Source of the DNA: Candidatus Poribacteria bacterium
Lineage (GTDB): Bacteria; Poribacteria; WGA-4E; JAJDTR01
DNA length: 64,000 nt
NCBI GenBank assembly: GCA_965204085.1
Contig: CBDBEE010000002.1
Location: 840,913 to 904,912, forward strand
Direction of reading: 5' to 3'
Part shown: positions 61,844 to 64,000 of the stretch, piece after piece
How the letters are laid out: each line of letters starts with the position of its first letter
How positions within the stretch are numbered: position 1 is the first letter of the stretch
Made by a program: the position numbers and the translations under genes
Notes under the pieces: model-generated
What the model was told of the DNA's origin: nothing
What the model saw: the letters and a program-made list of their open reading frames with translations, nothing else
Databases searched by the model: none

Positions 61844-62425
61844 GAGCGTTTGAACTGCTGTCTGTCACGCCCAATTTCTCGTCCGACAGAAACAAGGGGA
61901 TGCCTAAATCCGCGGAACTAGGTACTCCCAATTCCCGACTATCAATTGACATCCCAGCCGGGACTACGGTTGCCGCCGCCTCCACGAATTTGAGACTTAC
62001 CGCTCTTCCAACTCTGACTCGATCAAATCGGCAGTATTCAATCTCACTTGACACTCCCAAACCGGCAATCGGCGATCCAATCTCCGTGGATAAGGGATTC
62101 GATTCGAAGACCGTGTCCGCTGCTTTCACATCCGTCAAGCCGACGAGATCCCCAACCACGGTGTTTCCTGACAACTCGACATTCTCCAACCGACAATAGT
62201 TACCAATCTTCACTCCCTCTCCTAGATGGATTCGCCCCAAAAAATAGCATCCAGTCCCGATTTGGATGTCGTCGTTTGTCAGCGTAATCTGAGCGGCAGG
62301 GTCAACCCGAACGCCTTTCTGAGCCAGCTTTACCCTCGTCCTCGTGAATAGGGCCTCCTCTCCCGTGAGGAGATTCGACCACCGATTGATGCCGGAAATT
62401 GCCCCCTCCGGATAGATATAGGCAT
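61791..62425 (-). CDS. left-handed beta-helix (hexapeptide-repeat) domain, C-terminal part of a frameshifted sugar-phosphate nucleotidyltransferase
   Basis: The ORF 61791-62240, extended upstream in the same frame without a stop to about 62425, reads YIYPEGAISGINRW...IQIGTGCYFLGRIHLGEGVKIGNYCRLENV, which is hexapeptide-repeat character. Confidence 0.55.
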
Positions 62426-62431
62426 GTGTTT

Positions 62432-63349
62432 TTAACCCATCTTCATAGCAGTTTTCCGAATCAAATCGACATGATGAAGTTCCGATTTGCCGCCATGCGG
62501 TTGTAACCGGTCTATTCTGTCAATTGCCGCGCTGCTGCGAATGAGAGTAATGCCTGTATTTGTGTAGCCCTCTCCGCAATCCAGTCGTCGCGACATCTCG
62601 TTTTTCTCTCCGTCCGTCATTTCGTTCCACTCTTTCGTGCCCATAAATCTACCGTTTTGGTCGAAGAACAGCCCTCCTTTGTCGACCACCGTTTCAGGCA
62701 CTTTGCCGCAAAGCGTAACTTCTGCCCCTTCGATGAAATGTGAAACGAGTGTCCGCAGATAAATGGCTTGGTTGAGAAACGGCTCATCTCCAAACGCGAT
62801 ACCAATCCACTCAGCACCGGATTCCTGAACGGCGGGAATTGCCGCTTGTAGCGCACCTCCGGTACCGTTCTGTTCAGGTTGCACACAGAGGATAACATTT
62901 GGGCCGCACAACCGATTGACTGCGTCCATGTCAAGCGCGGATGAAGAAATGATGCCATCAAGTGTTATTCTGGTCGTCACTAGACGCTCCGCCATCATGG
63001 GATTAATGACAATGATATGCGGACGAGTGCCGGGGAGATAGCTGCGAGATACTTGCAACGTATTGTATTCACCGAACCACAGATCCAGTGTCTTGTTAAG
63101 TCGCCCTGAGGGATCAATTCGAGTACCTTGTCCGCCCGCCAGAATCACCCACTGCGGATCGAGCCACTGTGCAAGATCGTGCTCAACGTCTTGATTCGCA
63201 ACTGTGTCCAGAAACTGGTCAATTCGTCTTTCGGCCCGCCCTTTGTCCGAAATGCCGAGAGCAGTCGCCAGATTACATCGAAGAATCGTTTCAACGGCGC
63301 GACGGATAGTAGTGAGATTGTTGTGCATTCTATTTGAGTGACCAACCAA
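62432..63349 (-). CDS. sugar-phosphate nucleotidyltransferase domain (NTP_transferase), N-terminal part of a split bifunctional gene
   Basis: ILAGGQGTRI nucleotide-binding motif. It stops at 62432 directly beside an A5 run, and the hexapeptide-repeat domain continues downstream in a different frame. Confidence 0.65.
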   Translation of the reverse strand: MVGHSNRMHNNLTTIRRAVETILRCNLATALGISDKGRAERRIDQFLDTVANQDVEHDLAQWLDPQWVILAGGQGTRIDPSGRLNKTLDLWFGEYNTLQVSRSYLPGTRPHIIVINPMMAERLVTTRITLDGIISSSALDMDAVNRLCGPNVILCVQPEQNGTGGALQAAIPAVQESGAEWIGIAFGDEPFLNQAIYLRTLVSHFIEGAEVTLCGKVPETVVDKGGLFFDQNGRFMGTKEWNEMTDGEKNEMSRRLDCGEGYTNTGITLIRSSAAIDRIDRLQPHGGKSELHHVDLIRKTAMKMG

Positions 63350-63433
63350 ATATTCCAGATTTTTAAGATTATGGACTGTCTGAATCTCTATAGCACACCA
63401 TTAGTCCCGTCGGAATGATTTTTTCATCAAATG

Positions 63434-63806
63434 ACACTCGACATTGCGCTCCGCTGGAGCGCGGAGATTAGGCGCATCACGATTCTATTGACATAGCACT
63501 CCGCTGGAGTGAAAACCCTTCTACGAAGGAACACCTTCTCAAAACCTGTCATAGAGCGAAAAATGAGTGTTACTTGCTGAAAGAATCATTCCGACAGGGA
63601 TAATGGGGTGCTTTCAAGTAACACTCGACATTGCACTCCTCTGGAGTGCAGACGCGGGGAGGGATCGTGTTCTATTGACATCTCACTCCTCTGGAGTGAA
63701 TCCATTCTACGAAGGAACGCTTTTTCAAAACCTGTCATAGAGCGAAAAATGAGTGTTACTTGCTGAAAGAATTATTCCGACAGGGATAATGGCGTGCTAT
63801 ACACCT
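63434..63806 (+). repeat. tandem direct repeat, two copies of about 187 bp, each holding a hairpin-pair module plus a 12-bp-stem stem-loop
   Basis: Unit A runs 63434-63620 and unit B 63621-63806. The hairpins gcgctccgctggagcgc and gcactcctctggagtgc differ by compensatory changes. The stem arms are gagtgttacttg and caagtaacactc. Confidence 0.7.
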
Positions 63807-64000
63807 TCAAGATCTCTATCGCACTAGGAACTCTATCGCCTTCGCTATCCGCTCAGTTGATCTATTCGCTCGTTTGATCCCCTCTGGGGCTTATGATGCT
63901 CATACACATAGAAGAGAGAAAATTGGTGATTAGGTGATTGCAGAGAAGATTCCTTCACTTCTAGAATCAGGTGCGATTGCCCTAATGAGCATCCTTTTGC

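Overview
This is a 64-kb bacterial chromosomal segment, roughly 50% GC, densely coded on both strands. I found no rRNA, tRNA or CRISPR array. Housekeeping and metabolic genes include a UbiD-family decarboxylase, trpS, a KdsC-KdsA fusion, a HemY-like oxidase, PdxA, MazG, an acyl-CoA dehydrogenase, an IolD-like ThDP enzyme, a sulfite-oxidase-like Moco enzyme, an arylsulfatase and an SDR. There is also an unusual load of eukaryote-like repeat proteins. These are a 1228-aa WD40 protein, a 1409-aa secreted LRR/dockerin protein with a T9SS-like C-terminal domain, and an FG-GAP/ASPIC protein. Four phytanoyl-CoA dioxygenase (PhyH) paralogs and tandem cyclophilins are present. By inference only, this inventory resembles PVC-superphylum or Poribacteria-like (sponge-associated) genomes. 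Five things stand out. (1) A ~3.0-kb IS1595-family element carrying passenger genes sits inside a PQQ-type beta-propeller gene, with perfect 13-bp terminal inverted repeats and an 8-bp target-site duplication. (2) A ~0.77-kb lipoprotein gene unit is triplicated in tandem, with conserved ends and a variable core. (3) There are many families of small palindromic or tandem repeat elements, two repeat-rich noncoding islands (28.5-30.4 kb and 34.5-35.7 kb), and stem-conserved hairpin elements flanking a large unknown gene. (4) Two perfect consensus sigma70 promoters (TTGACA-17-TATAAT) have long leaders, upstream of trpS and of an RRM protein gene. (5) At least four genes are split by single-base frameshifts, which may be true pseudogenes or homopolymer sequencing errors. 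Coordinates from manual indexing may be off by 1 nt.
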